Positions 1-12,571 of a DNA stretch of 64,000 nucleotides are shown here, piece after piece; within the stretch, counting starts at the first letter, position 1; every line of letters starts with the position of its first letter. The notes under the pieces are model-generated. The model saw only the letters and a program-made list of their open reading frames with translations. It made no database searches and was not told where the DNA came from. The position numbers and the translations under genes are program-made. This DNA comes from Octopus sinensis. Its lineage: Eukaryota. The stretch lies in NCBI RefSeq assembly GCF_006345805.1, contig NC_043001.1, positions 124,434,001-124,498,000 of the forward strand, in the 5' to 3' direction.

Positions 1-318
1 CTATGTGCTTACAAATATATACATCTGTCTGATCTTTTACGAATACACTCCTTGCGGTTAATAATACATCAATAAACAATATTCTCATACGCTATTACAC
101 ACATACACACACACACACAGACATTGCTACTGGTTTATATACACCCCACGCATATTATTGATATTCAATATTTGTATTCAAAATTCTCACTGAATACATT
201 AAGAAGTGTTAAAATTATCGTTCTGTGTTTTTCTTTATTTTCTTTCCTCCATTTCGCCAGGCGTATGAGGTATATGTTATTTTGGTGACTATACTCAAGC
301 ATTACAATATGTTCATGT

Positions 319-470
<152 letters not shown>

Positions 471-621
471 ATACGTATGCGTATGTGAATGTATACGTGT
501 ATATACATATATATGTGTGTGTGCATTCACAAACATATCTGTGTATGCATATATATGTATATGATTATATCTATTATTTTTATGATCATCATCATCATCA
601 TCAGTAGTAGTAGTAGTAGTT

Positions 622-652
<31 letters not shown>

Positions 653-1206
653 CAATATATAGTGTAAACAGCTTTCTTGTCTTTTTCATTCACGTTTTGA
701 TATATATCTTAATGTCACAGTATACGAATATTAAAGACATTTTGGGAATTGCCATTCCCAAGACTCTACGCAACCGTTTTCTTTGTCTTTTTCTCTTTTT
801 GTTTTTTCTCTTCATTGGAATAATAATCTGCCGTTTGTATTTAAAGAGAAAGTGCAGTAATATTGTATATATATATGCTGTTTTAATATCGTTTTCGTTT
901 AGACGAGGTACAGAATGCTATGATTTAATCGTGAAGCAAACAGGAAATATGGGTCTCATGCATTCTAATAAGGGATGTGAAGGTTTCGTCAAATGGAGAT
1001 TCTGAAAATGTCATGCAGTTGGGCTTTCAAAGCTAATAACTCTTACTCCACAAAGCTCATCACATTGTTATTCAAACATGGGATTTACTACATTTGAGGC
1101 TTTGATATTCACTCCTATATTCAGGAGAGAAAATATTGGACATTCCATTTTCTGAACTTTCAAATTTTTTTTTCACCGAGTTACAGTCTTGATGAAAGTG
1201 AAATCG

Positions 1207-1401
1207 TTTTGCGTCCAAAATACCAGAGTGATTCAACTTCGATGCTCCACTACTTCTAATGGTTTCATATATAACAATACGAATATATAAAGTGACAAGG
1301 CAGAAGCCATTAGGTACTCATCTAGACTGTTGTGAAGAATAGCTATATTTCTTCAAATCACAAATGGATGGAAGCACTCCGTCGTTACGACGATGAGGGT
1401 T
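1207..1401 (-). repeat. 195-bp inverted duplicate of 2174-2368 (SINE 3' end plus flank)
   Basis: Direct reverse-complement match read from the sequence. Confidence 0.93.
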
Positions 1402-1820
1402 GAAACTGTCACTGAGGTTATCTTTGAATTTCATCTGCATAAAACAAACCGAATACCATTCCAACATTCGGGTCAGCTAAATTGATTTTGCATTTTTTTG
1501 AAAGTCAATGGCAGTTTGTAAATATTAGGAATAATTAATATATAACGATTGCAGATAAGGCACTTACCTATTTGAGTTATTGTTATTGTTTGATCAATAT
1601 TTTAGTTTATTTCATTCAACCCTATAAAAATTAAAAGATGCTACACTTTTATGAATAAAAGATATTTTAAAGAAACTCCTTTATAAGGCATTTGTTATTT
1701 AACCCCATATCATCTATATGATTACAAACACTCCCATGTTGACTGTCACGTCCTTTTTTAAGGAGAGTAATATATTGTCATTCATGCTTTTCCTATTTCA
1801 GTACACTTATTTGTGATTTG

Positions 1821-2209
1821 TGGAGGCGCAATGGCCCAGTGGTTAGGGCAGCGGACTCGCGGTTATAGGATCGCGGTTTCGATTCCCAGACTGGGCGTTG
1901 TGAGTGTTTATTGAGCGAAAACACCTAAAAAGCTCCACGAGGCTCCCGTAGAGGATGGTGGTGATCCCTGCTGTACTCTTTCACCACAACCTTCTCTCAC
2001 TCTTACTTCCTGTTTCTGTTGTATCTGTATTTCAAAGGGCCGGCCTTGTTACTCTCTGTGTCACGCTGAATATCCCCGAGAACTACGTTAAGGGTACACG
2101 TTGTCTGTGGAGTGCTCAGCCACTTATACGTTAATTTCACGAGCAGGCTGTTCCGTTGATTCGGATCAACCGGAACCCTCATCGTCGTAACGACGGAGTG
2201 CTTCCATCC
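1821..2209 (+). mobile_element. tRNA-derived SINE, family C (head GGAGGCGCAATGGCCCAGTGG), full length
   Basis: A-box TGGCCCAGTGG and B-box-like GGTTTCGATTCCC; 12-bp TSD ATTTGTGATTTG at 1809-1820 and 2210-2221; same head at 39331 and 59275. Confidence 0.9.
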
Positions 2210-2829
2210 ATTTGTGATTTGAAGAAATATAGCTATTCTTCACAACAGTCTAGATGAGTACCTAATGGCTTCTGCCTTGTCACTTTATATATTCGTATTG
2301 TTATATATGAAACCATTAGAAGTAGTGGAGCATCGAAGTTGAATCACTCTGGTATTTTGGACGCAAAATTCTGCTTTCTTTCGTCGAGTGCCACCATAGA
2401 AAAACTTCGTGACACTAGAATTATTTTGTTTTTGGTTCCACGTCAGCCATACTAGAGGAGACCTAATTGCGTTCCCACAATGACTGCCTCGCCTTCTTTT
2501 TTCTTTTCGGACGTAGTCATGTCTTAACTGCATTAACTAATTACTAATGTCTTTCTTGGTTTTAAAGATGATAGAGTAAGGAGTTGCAACAACTGTGTTT
2601 ACAATTTCTAAGAGAATGAATCACCATTGATAAAATATGTAATGATGTGATATTAGACTATTTATACATGCTGTGCACTTAAGATGTGGTGCTCTAAGGA
2701 CATACAATTTTAAATTGTTTATAAAACTATTCCTGTATTGTACCCTATAGATAAACGTCTATTAAAGAACAGGAAATTATTAATTTACTTCTTTACTTGA
2801 TAAATAAATCATGAGAAAAGTGAGCTTGA

Positions 2830-4000
2830 TATTTTCTATCGTTGGACGTATTTGAGATAAATAAACCTCGCTCAGTTAATCTTTATTGTAATAATGTCTC
2901 TGGCTTTTACTTATCTATTTTTTGCATTTAATGGCAGTAAGTGAAAACCCAATTCACAAAATTCGAACAAGAAAACAGAACGGAAATACATAAGCATTTC
3001 TTAAGCTACACGCTTGATATTAATTTCGCAATCATTCGATATAGAAGCCAATTCGTCTTCTTTAAATAACTTCATACCAATACCATAAGAAATCACTTTT
3101 ATAAACGGTTTTCGAACACAAGTCATGATAGTCTGTATTTAATGATGGAAAAGAAAACAATATTTTCACTCCGGAGTTGTGAAATCCTAAAATACAACGA
3201 CAATCACTCAATTACGAATTTTAGAATTATCATCAAGAGTTCTGTTTTCTCAAATTGCAATTTGCTTCTGATATACAGTCAGTTTATCTATCAATGTGAG
3301 AATATTTTGAGCTTTACCTCGTATACTTATAACGGCACTATTAATATGGATAAATATTTATGTTAAATATTCCAATCTAGACATTTATCGTTCGTATTGA
3401 CTATATTCAATAAAGCATTCGGAATTTTCTCCTTCAAAAAGTAGTGGCCATCTCTTTCTAAAATTCATACATTTGACAAAGCACACTACCTTTACACAAC
3501 CATCTGAATTCTGCATGCAAAGTTAAGCGAATCTGCTTAACTTTAAATGCTAATCCATACACATTTCTTCAAACAAAAGAGTCTTCAATGGTTTGTTTTC
3601 AATGAAATTCACTTTTTTAACAATTTGATGTAATATATTTTTTAATTCAACTGCTAAAGGAAAAAATGCAATTCGTCTCGATGGCATTATGATTTTCTGT
3701 TTTTTGAGTGACACAAAAAGACCTTTTATATGGCCTGCCCCGTGCGGAGGCCTATCAGTATAAATTCTAAAACATGACTTTCATGAACATTTTTCTATTT
3801 TTTTAAGGCATGCCGAAAACATTTCAGTGAAGTCTTGACATTGATTTTCTTTGGGGCAAAAAGATCCCTAAATCATGCTTCGGTCCAGCTCAATTAAGCG
3901 AATAAATGCAATTAATTTTGCTTTGTTATTAATGTCAGTTGACTTGTTAGCTCGCCAAACGAATTCCGTATCCTGAACTCTATTCTATCATTTTCTTCTA
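2830..4000 (-). pseudogene. Degenerate hAT (Buster/Charlie-like) transposase remnant
   Basis: Minus-strand fragments in the expected order: STDINNKAKLIAFIR (ESTD..AQL.FIR), YTDRPP (CTDGAP), HAEFRWLCKGSV (HTEVRWLSKG), LEYL.IF.HIN, FCELGFS..TAIK; many stops and frameshifts; ends approximate. Confidence 0.7.
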
Positions 4001-5598
4001 TATCAGCTGGCAGATCCATTAATTCGTCTATAAACTATTATTTGAAAGGGGCATTTGGCTATTTGGCCTATTCATATAATGCTTCATTTTCTAATTTGCT
4101 TTCAACCATTTTTCTCCATTTAATATTACTAACTCGGGTGCAGTGGACGACTTCGTATTTTGCGTAATCATTCCAACTATCTCAATAAAAAGTAGGTGAA
4201 ACTTTTTAGAAAGAGCTAACCATTTTATAAAACAGATCTTTTACATCGATTGCTGTTTTGGCATTCTGGCATGATTCGAATCCTTTTCACGAAGATACCG
4301 CTATATAATTATAATTAATAAACATTATATGGTCACCGTTTTTTCGCCACAGCCATTACACACACAAAAGGAAAGATTGATGTATGCTACCTGTCTAAAA
4401 AGTAAAAAGGTTATGCAATTGCTACCTTATTGGTAACCTAGCTAGCTATACTTCCACCTTATTTACAGTAAGCACAATTGATTTTTCAGAAACGTTCACA
4501 CTGAGATCTACATGTAATTCCTCTTCATAACTTATGTAAATTTATCATATGAATAAGATGCTCATGATTAATTTATGGAAGGAATAAAATAGAAAAAAGT
4601 ATGTTCTTAGATTAAACGAGGTATTAGAATTAATCTTTATGTACAAAATCTTATTTTAAAAACTGTTTTACAAATTTTATAAATATACGTTTAGTGGCTC
4701 ACTTAGCCGGTGGTGGAATTAGGCGTTCCAAAGAAAATCTACTACAAAGAGATTAACAAAACCTTCCCACTCGAATGACAGAAGTTAGGACATGCCAGCG
4801 CCGGTCAACTTTGACTATGTATCTACGCAAACGATACAGGCAGTTGTCCATGCACACAAGCCACATATCTATATATATCATAGATGTTTAGAGAAGGGAA
4901 AATCCTATCCTTGGACACCAGTGTCATCATAATCATTGCAGTCAGACCGCATTGAGCGTGAACAAATTATGCATATTTGACGCTCTAACAGTTTCGCCAA
5001 TCCAGTGCCCTGGAGCGACAACATTTTATCGACCCCGAAAGGTAAAATAGGATATTGATCTCGGCAGAATTTGAACACATAGCGTAGTGAGTTTCACAAA
5101 TGCTGTGAGGTTTTCTATCCAACACTCTAACGAATCTAAGTAATTCAAAATAAATAATGATTACACAATAAAAGACATCTCTAAGTAATCGCCCACGCGA
5201 TAAATTCATATAAGTCATTGAGTACATTAAACGACTAGATATATACACCATCATCCTTTGTTATTAAACTAAATTCTTTATATGTCTATATATACTTACA
5301 TATATTATACATAAATTACTGATAATTACAATTAAGAATCAAAACAGAAATGTGTTAATACAAAAGATCTTAATGACGCGAGCAATTTCTGCAATTTACT
5401 TTTATTTATCATCAAAGTACAAACAATTCATGGTATTTTAACAAGGGATACAAGCACAAGATTAGAAGAGCACACGCAAACATACCAAGAAATATATATA
5501 AGCAGATCAAAAATATGTATACATTCCTACATGCATAAACACACACAAATACATACATTCTACACACACGCATCTGTCTGTCTGTATGTCTCTCTCTC

Positions 5599-5635
<37 letters not shown>

Positions 5636-5724
5636 ACTATATTCATATATATATATATATATACACACACACATATATATATATATATAATATATATTGA
5701 CTATATTCATATGTATATATATAT

Positions 5725-5768
<44 letters not shown>

Positions 5769-6123
5769 ACTATATTCATATATATATATATATTGACTAT
5801 ATTCATATATATATATATACATATATATATATATGGTTATCCGTAATAATGAAGGGTGAAATTAATTAATTTGGAAAAATTATCAATTACACCAAGTAGT
5901 CTTCGGCATGTAAAAGCCTCATTCGAGGAAAATTTAAGTAATACTAAGCAATAAGGGTTTAGCAACGAGTTGCCTTACCACATACCGAATTTAGAAATAG
6001 CAGTCAAAGGGTTATAGCTATTTCTTCTACTAAAAAGGGAGATCTCAGTAAAAACAGCATTTGGAAGGCAGACACAAACAGGTAAGAGAGAATGAATTGA
6101 CTGCAATCTATCATACATTTTTT

Positions 6124-6242
6124 TAGTTATCCACGGACGTACGTTTCGAAATCAAGTTTTTAGGAAAGCATAAGAATTAAATATTAAATATTAAATAATT
6201 CTATCTTACCGAAACTTCTTTTCTCTTCAGCGTAGAATACTA
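6124..6242 (-). ncRNA. Type I hammerhead ribozyme (600-bp repeat)
   Basis: Reverse complement of the 6760-6878 motif: CUGAAGA-G..C-GAAA-CGUACG-UC. Confidence 0.8.
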
Positions 6243-6759
6243 TAATCATAAATGATTATATATTGAATTTTGAGATACCAGAAGGCACCAACTCAACTCA
6301 GTATCAGAGCGAGCTAGAATCCGCAACTGGTATCACCGAATTCAATTTGTGAATGAAACGATTGTGTCAACAGCCCCTTCCCACCCGCGTGTAGCCAAAA
6401 CAAGATGCTGTGGTCATCTACTGAGATAAAATATGGTTATCCGTAATAATGAAGGGTGAACGTAATTAATTTGGAAAAATTATCAATTACACCAAGTAGT
6501 CTTCGGCATGTAAAAGCCTCATTCGAGGAAAATTTAAGTAATACTAAGCAATAAGGGTTTAGCAACGAGTTGCCTTACCACATACCGAATTTAGAAATAG
6601 CAGTCAAAGGGTTATAGCTATTTCTTCTACTAAAAAGGGAGATCTCAGTAAAAACAGCATTTGGAAGGCAGACACAAACGGATTCTAGCTCGCTCTGATA
6701 CTGAGTTGAGTTGGTGCCTTCTGGTATCTCAAAATTCAATATATAATCATTTATGATTA

Positions 6760-6878
6760 TAGTATTCTACGCTGAAGAGAAAAGAAGTTTCGGTAAGATA
6801 GAATTATTTAATATTTAATATTTAATTCTTATGCTTTCCTAAAAACTTGATTTCGAAACGTACGTCCGTGGATAACTA
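6760..6878 (+). ncRNA. Type I hammerhead ribozyme (600-bp repeat)
   Basis: Stem I UCUACG/CGUGGA extended by UAGU/ACUA; core CUGAAGA 6772-6778; 76-nt stem II (GAAA/UUUC, AAGUUU/AAACUU, AGAAUUA/UAAUUCU); GAAA 6855-6858; palindromic stem III ACGUACGU; predicted cleavage after GUC at 6866. Confidence 0.85.
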
Positions 6879-7358
6879 AAAAAATGTATGATAGATTGCA
6901 GTCAATTCATTCTCTCTTACCTGTTTGTGTCTGCCTTCCAAATGCTGTTTTTACTGAGATCTCCCTTTTTAGTAGAAGAAATAGCTATAACCCTTTGACT
7001 GCTATTTCTAAATTCGGTATGTGGTAAGGCACTCGTTGCTAAACCCTTATTGCTTAGTATTACTTAAATTTTCCTCGAATGAGGCTTTTACATGCCGAAG
7101 ACTACTTGGTGTAATTGATAATTTTTCCAAATTAATTAATTTCACCCTTCATTATTACGGATAACCATATTTTATCTCAGTAGATGACCACAGCATCTTG
7201 TTTTGGCTACACGCGGGTGGGAAGGGGCTGTTGACACAATCGTTTCATTCACAAATTGAATTCGGTGATACCAGTTGCGGATTCTAGCTCGCTCTGATAC
7301 TGAGTTGAGTTGGTGCCTTCTGGTATCTCAAAATTCAATATATAATCATTTATGATTA

Positions 7359-7477
7359 TAGTATTCTACGCTGAAGAGAAAAGAAGTTTCGGTAAGATAG
7401 AATTATTTAATATTTAATATTTAATTCTTATGCTTTCCTAAAAACTTGATTTCGAAACGTACGTCCGTGGATAACTA
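7359..7477 (+). ncRNA. Type I hammerhead ribozyme (600-bp repeat)
   Basis: Same motif; CUGAAGA 7371-7377, GUC 7463-7465. Confidence 0.85.
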
Positions 7478-7957
7478 AAAAAATGTATGATAGATTGCAG
7501 TCAATTCATTCTCTCTTACCTGTTTGTGTCTGCCTTCCAAATGCTGTTTTTACTGAGATCTCCCTTTTTAGTAGAAGAATAGCTATAACCCTTTGACTGC
7601 TATTTCTAAATTCGGTATGTGGTAAGGCAACTCGTTGCTAAACCCTTATTGCTTAGTATTACTTAAATTTTCCTCGAATGAGGCTTTTACATGCCGAAGA
7701 CTACTTGGTGTAATTGATAATTTTTCCAAATTAATTAATTTCACCCTTCATTATTACGGATAACCATATTTTATCTCAGTAGATGACCACAGCATCTTGT
7801 TTTGGCTACACGCGGGTGGGAAGGGGCTGTTGACACAATCGTTTCATTCACAAATTGAATTCGGTGATACCAGTTGCGGATTCTAGCTCGCTCTGATACT
7901 GAGTTGAGTTGGTGCCTTCTGGTATCTCAAAATTCAATATATAATCATTTATGATTA

Positions 7958-8076
7958 TAGTATTCTACGCTGAAGAGAAAAGAAGTTTCGGTAAGATAGA
8001 ATTATTTAATATTTAATATTTAATTCTTATGCTTTCCTAAAAACTTGATTTCGAAACGTACGTCCGTGGATAACTA
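7958..8076 (+). ncRNA. Type I hammerhead ribozyme (600-bp repeat)
   Basis: Same motif; CUGAAGA 7970-7976, GUC 8062-8064. Confidence 0.85.
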
Positions 8077-8256
8077 AAAAAATGTATGATAGATTGCAGT
8101 CAATTCATTCTCTCTTACCTGTTTGTGTCTGCCTTCCAAATGCTGTTTTTACTGAGATCTCCCTTTTTAGTAGAAGAAATAGCTATAACCCTTTGACTGC
8201 TATTTCTAAATTCGGTATGTGGTAAGGCAACTCGTTGCTAAACCCTTATTGCTTAG

Positions 8257-8293
<37 letters not shown>

Positions 8294-8688
8294 TTGTAAG
8301 TGCGTATGTGTGCGCGTGCGTCTGTGTGTATGTAAATATAGGAGCAATTCAATATATAAATGTAGGAACAATTCAAACATCGTCGACGAACGACGGAGAT
8401 CTATCATATATATATATATATTGCTCCTATATTTACATACACACACGCACGCGCACACATACATACTTACAATTATATATATATATATATAAGAGGTTAA
8501 AAAGAACCACCTTAAAGAATATATCCAATGAATTACTGGTTTGTTACCTATTATTTTGTTGTGAATAGTAATATTCATAAAGTAATAGGTTTTAGCATAA
8601 CACTTTGTTGATTAAAATTCAAATTAAAATCCAGAAAATGGAGAAGTAGCGTTAATGTAATTTATTAACTACAACAATTCAACGTGTT

Positions 8689-8772
8689 CCCTTACAGCTG
8701 TTTTGATTTTGCACAAATGAATTAAATTCTATTAAATTGAAACATTTTGGGGAGCAAAATCTCTCCAGAGGT
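8689..8772 (-). ncRNA. Degenerate type I hammerhead in an inverted pLTR-like segment
   Basis: CCU-CUGGAGA-GAUUUUGC...GCAAAAUC-AAAA-CAGCUG-UA-AGG; perfect 8-bp stem II base and palindromic stem III, but two core substitutions (A6G, G12A). Confidence 0.55.
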
Positions 8773-9029
8773 GTAAAAAAGACATATTGTTAGGTTATTA
8801 ACAGGTTATTCTTCCAAAATATCTCAGCCAAAGCATAACTTTTTTTTTGCCTTTTTTACTAAATATATGCAATTACTCCGGGCTTGACAACTAATTGTAA
8901 TGGTAATGACCCCAGTAATAATACGCCTGGTAGCAACAGTGTTAATTCACACAATCTTGATCCTATAAGCCCAAGTATTATAGGAAGGCGCAGTCGTAAT
9001 AAAAATTATGTAATGGTAAATAATGAGAG

Positions 9030-9425
9030 CAATTGCTTAGTTAAAAGCTTATGTCCGCTCTCAGGTCGATCCTTCGCCGAAAATGTAGTTTATAGGTGTA
9101 GTGTGGTGACGGAGACTAATACTTATGCTATTATAGGCTGCTCTATAAATCTGAAGCAGCGCTTTTACGCAACCATCTATGATCCTTCAAATTAAGGCAT
9201 AGGGAAGGTAGGTCTTCTCTGACCACGAAGATTTGAGAACTTAAAGATGAAAATGTTAGATTCGATTTGAAATGGGAGATAATTAAGGTTGCAAAACCAT
9301 ATTCCAGTAGCAGAGACGGGTGCAGACTATGCTGCGTGGAGCTGTATGAAATATTAAAGCAATCGAATAGTGAAAATCTAATTATTAATAGAGTGAACCT
9401 TCGTCTTTCGTATCCACATAGTAAC
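9030..9425 (+). pseudogene. Penelope-like element GIY-YIG endonuclease C-terminal remnant
   Basis: CPLSGRSFAENVVYRCSV...IIGCSINLKQRFY followed after a frameshift by LKWEIIKVAKPYSSSRDGCRLCCVE..IL; matches the PLE pattern CPL.G.C...VVY...YIG....FK.R..H...W.I...A.PY....C.LC..E. Confidence 0.78.
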
Positions 9426-9832
9426 CTGTACTTTTAGATATTTTAAGGACATTCCATAACCTCTATTCTAGGTCTTAACGCTCGACAAAACAAACTCAGT
9501 CCCACCACCTCTCTCTTATGTAAACACTTAGTTCATTGATCAACTTAATCGCTTGAGTTATCTTTTACATTTTTCCTTTTCCTATACATGCTATTCCTTA
9601 TTACTTATAAACCTTGTTAACATTATTTGAATACTATGTAATTTTGAATGTTATTCGATATTGAAGGAACTATTCATCTGTATAGTTTGACCTAGTATTA
9701 CGCATTTGCGATTTGACTATAACCCATAAAATAGCAGCCTACACATTCTGGCGAGTTTCTTTCCTAATCCACTAAATAAATGATCCTCATACAAAGTTAC
9801 TGTTATTGGTGCAGCACACGATAATGAAGGTA

Positions 9833-10093
9833 CAGAGTGTTCAAAAAGTCTCTCCGCAGTGAATTTTCTCATCTTGACTCTCCATGAGTCAGACTCGCCA
9901 AGATGTATTTCAAAACATATTTAGAAGAGTCAACTTGTGTATTGAAAATGGAGGACAACACTTTCAACATCTCTTATAAAGTATTTTAATGTCTTGTAAA
10001 CATCTAATATATTCTTTTGTAGTCTTATACCATCTTATAAGTATCTATTTTGCAATAGAATACTTACTGTGGAGAGACTTTTTGAACACCCTG
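9833..10093 (+). mobile_element. Tc1/mariner-derived MITE (261 bp)
   Basis: TIRs CAGAGTGTTCAAAAAGTCTCTCC / GGAGAGACTTTTTGAACACCCTG, TA on both sides; internal CIENGGQHFQHLL* transposase C-terminus. Confidence 0.88.
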
Positions 10094-11309
10094 TACATAT
10101 CCAAACTTCTTGCACAAGCCTATATAATAGCGAGTTTACTATCTTAGTAAATTATGCTAACGCCACATATAACATTCTAAATAGTTAATAAATAGACAAC
10201 TGCCACCTACTGGTTTACTTCAATATCCGATCTGGTATCCACTCATTATTCATTATTAGGTAATTTATTAGGAAACTCTTTTATTCCTCAAACTTCATAA
10301 TTGAAATAATGACTATTACACAATTACGACTACCCGATATTCCCTGACGTATCATTTGTAACAATAACAATTCCATTCCAGGTACACTCTTTCTCTTATT
10401 ACAAGTGCATTCCACTATCCCAAATATCCCATTTGTCTCTATATCAACATCTTACATCTATTTTCTTCTACCAAATAAAATAATCACAAAACATCGTCCC
10501 ATAGTACTGATCATTTGAGTTCCCTACTACCATCCGCCAAAGTCAATCACTATCCACTTTAATTCTGTTGGTGGCTCTCCCTTCCTCGCTTTGAACTTTA
10601 ACCTTTAGCAAGGGCTTGCTATAACCCGTCCCTGCACTTAATTACTTATGAATATATTATTTATTTATTCAATTACCTTTTTTCTTCGATTCATTCTCTG
10701 CTACCCATTTTTCTAATCCTAGTATAATTTATTACACTATAATTGCCTACACATTTTCTCTAGTCTCTGAAATAAACCAGTCTAGCTGACACCAATTTAC
10801 TTCCTCTACCCACTGTCACTGACCATAAATATCATATTACAGCTTCTCACCCGACCCTTAATGCCTTAACACCCAAATTTTGCTGGCTTTTCTCCTATTT
10901 CACGGTCGTCTTCGGCTCGCTTCATGTATATATCATCAGTTAGTATTTATTATTTTACACTAATGTATATGTGTCTTCAAACCCTTTCCTTCTCTCTCTT
11001 TCTTTCCCCCTTTTTCCTCCTGCTGTCTGGGCCCCTGCCACTCCTGTTGGCTGCTCTGTTCTTGTTGTGAGGAGTTGTACTATGACTTCACAGATCTAGA
11101 TATACTTTGTGGGCAAGGACTTTGCTAGTCTAGGCATAACACTTGCGTAACGTATTATTTGGTCAAAGCATTTAATACTCTGCGAATTATTTCAGACCTC
11201 TTTTTGATTGCCTCCGTGTTCATGTCGGCGAAGCAAAGAGAACTTCGTAAATAAGCTTTTCTACGTTTGTTTGTAGTGAAACTTTTAGTATAGACAGTAA
11301 ATATATTTA

Positions 11310-11650
11310 CTAAACACTTCTAAAAACACCTGTGCTCACAGGTTTTATGACCCATTCTTCTGAGGCGTAGATTGTAGTTGGAAACATATAGGCATTATAC
11401 AGTCTGATTTCGAGTAAGTCGCTAATAACACGCCTATTCAACATTGCATTGGTTAGCCTTTCGAAAACAGTAGAAGGCAGTGCAATCTGTCTTTTCACAT
11501 CCTCTGTGACATCTGATACGTCATGGCTTAGAAATACACTACATCTCCAATTTGATAGTCATCCAATGTGGTCATCTTTTTACTAGGTGATAGGATATTG
11601 CATTCTACACACTTATTTTCAAATTGCATTCTTTACATGCTTCGACTGTC
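11310..11650 (-). pseudogene. RTE-clade LINE RT remnant
   Basis: KRQIALPSTVFERL...IRLYNAYMFPTTIYASEEW resembles the RTE motif RI.KA..AF..L...LY.A.V.P.LLY.SETW. Confidence 0.65.
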
Positions 11651-12126
11651 TGTTTATTAGATATTTCTATATTTCAGAAAGAATGTGTGGTCAGCTTGCC
11701 TAAGGTCTATGTCCAGCTTAATGTTAAAGATTATTCCTATCATTAATATGTTTGGGTCTACTTCGGTTGATGAAGGGTGTTATTCCGCTGTTTCATTGTG
11801 ACGAAGGAGGATTCAGTTTCCCGTATGGACTCCGTTTCTGTGACTTATCAGAGTGTGGGATTATGTAGGTGTACAGAAAGATGCTGTTTCTTTCCATATT
11901 TTTTGCCTATGGTGTTTGTTGTGCACACACACTGGTCTGTCTTTGTAGACATTCCACTACATAATCTTCGATAGTTTCATACGTAGTACGCATCATTATT
12001 CCTCTATATATTGTAGCGCTGTTCTGCAATCCCTAACTGCCTGTATATCCAAACTTTTGAGACCACTGCGCAGACGCAAGTTTTATATGTGGATATGGCT
12101 GTGTGTATATTTAAATCTAAAGGCTG

Positions 12127-12195
12127 TCCCACTGATGAAACTGACCATCAACAAATATTTTTTTGCTGAACATAGTTAGAAGATATGGTCTGGGA
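12127..12195 (+). ncRNA. Degenerate type I hammerhead
   Basis: UCCCA-CUGAUGA-AACU...AGUU-A-GAAG-AUAUG-GUC-UGGGA; stem I intact, GAAA mutated. Confidence 0.55.
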
Positions 12196-12571
12196 AATAA
12201 TTGAGATGGTAAACGTTTTTAATTTTCATTCCTTTCGAGAATTTATTTGGTGGTCTGAGTTTTCTACTGCTCTTTCTAGTACAAGGCTTTCCTATTTGGA
12301 AGCCTCTTATTGTATTTCTATGTGAATAATATATAGTCTAATGGCTAATTCGTTTTTGTGCTAGGCCACTGGTAATAATAATTTCTTTTTACCCTATTGT
12401 TATTTATTATGTTTAAATTTCCTTTGATAAATTTGTCCGAAAACTTTTACCGGCATCCTCTCTGTCGCCGGGTATAATCTGCGTCTGCGCAGTGGTATGG
12501 AAAGTTAGGATATACAGGCAGTTAGTTTTACATGTGGATATGGCTGTGTGTATATTTAAATCTAAAGGCTG

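Larger units (their letters stand above)
5831..8259. mobile_element. Array 1 of a 600-bp hammerhead-containing tandem repeat (retrozyme / Penelope pLTR-like) with an internal inversion
   Basis: Units start at 5831 and 6431 (period 600); orientation flips at ~6679; ~2.6 inverted units (period 599) run to 8259; (TA)n on both flanks; no long ORF. Confidence 0.92.

Noticed and set aside
1568-1621. Strong acceptor and donor pair on the minus strand
   Set aside because: Stops in all three frames; cannot be supported as an exon without RNA data
1821-1900. tRNA-like sequence (also at other SINE heads)
   Set aside because: SINE head followed by SINE body and TSD; not a tRNA gene
5630-5810. TTGACTATATTCA repeated four times between TA runs, superficially CRISPR-like
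   Set aside because: Spacers are microsatellite; slippage duplication in a eukaryotic genome with no cas genes
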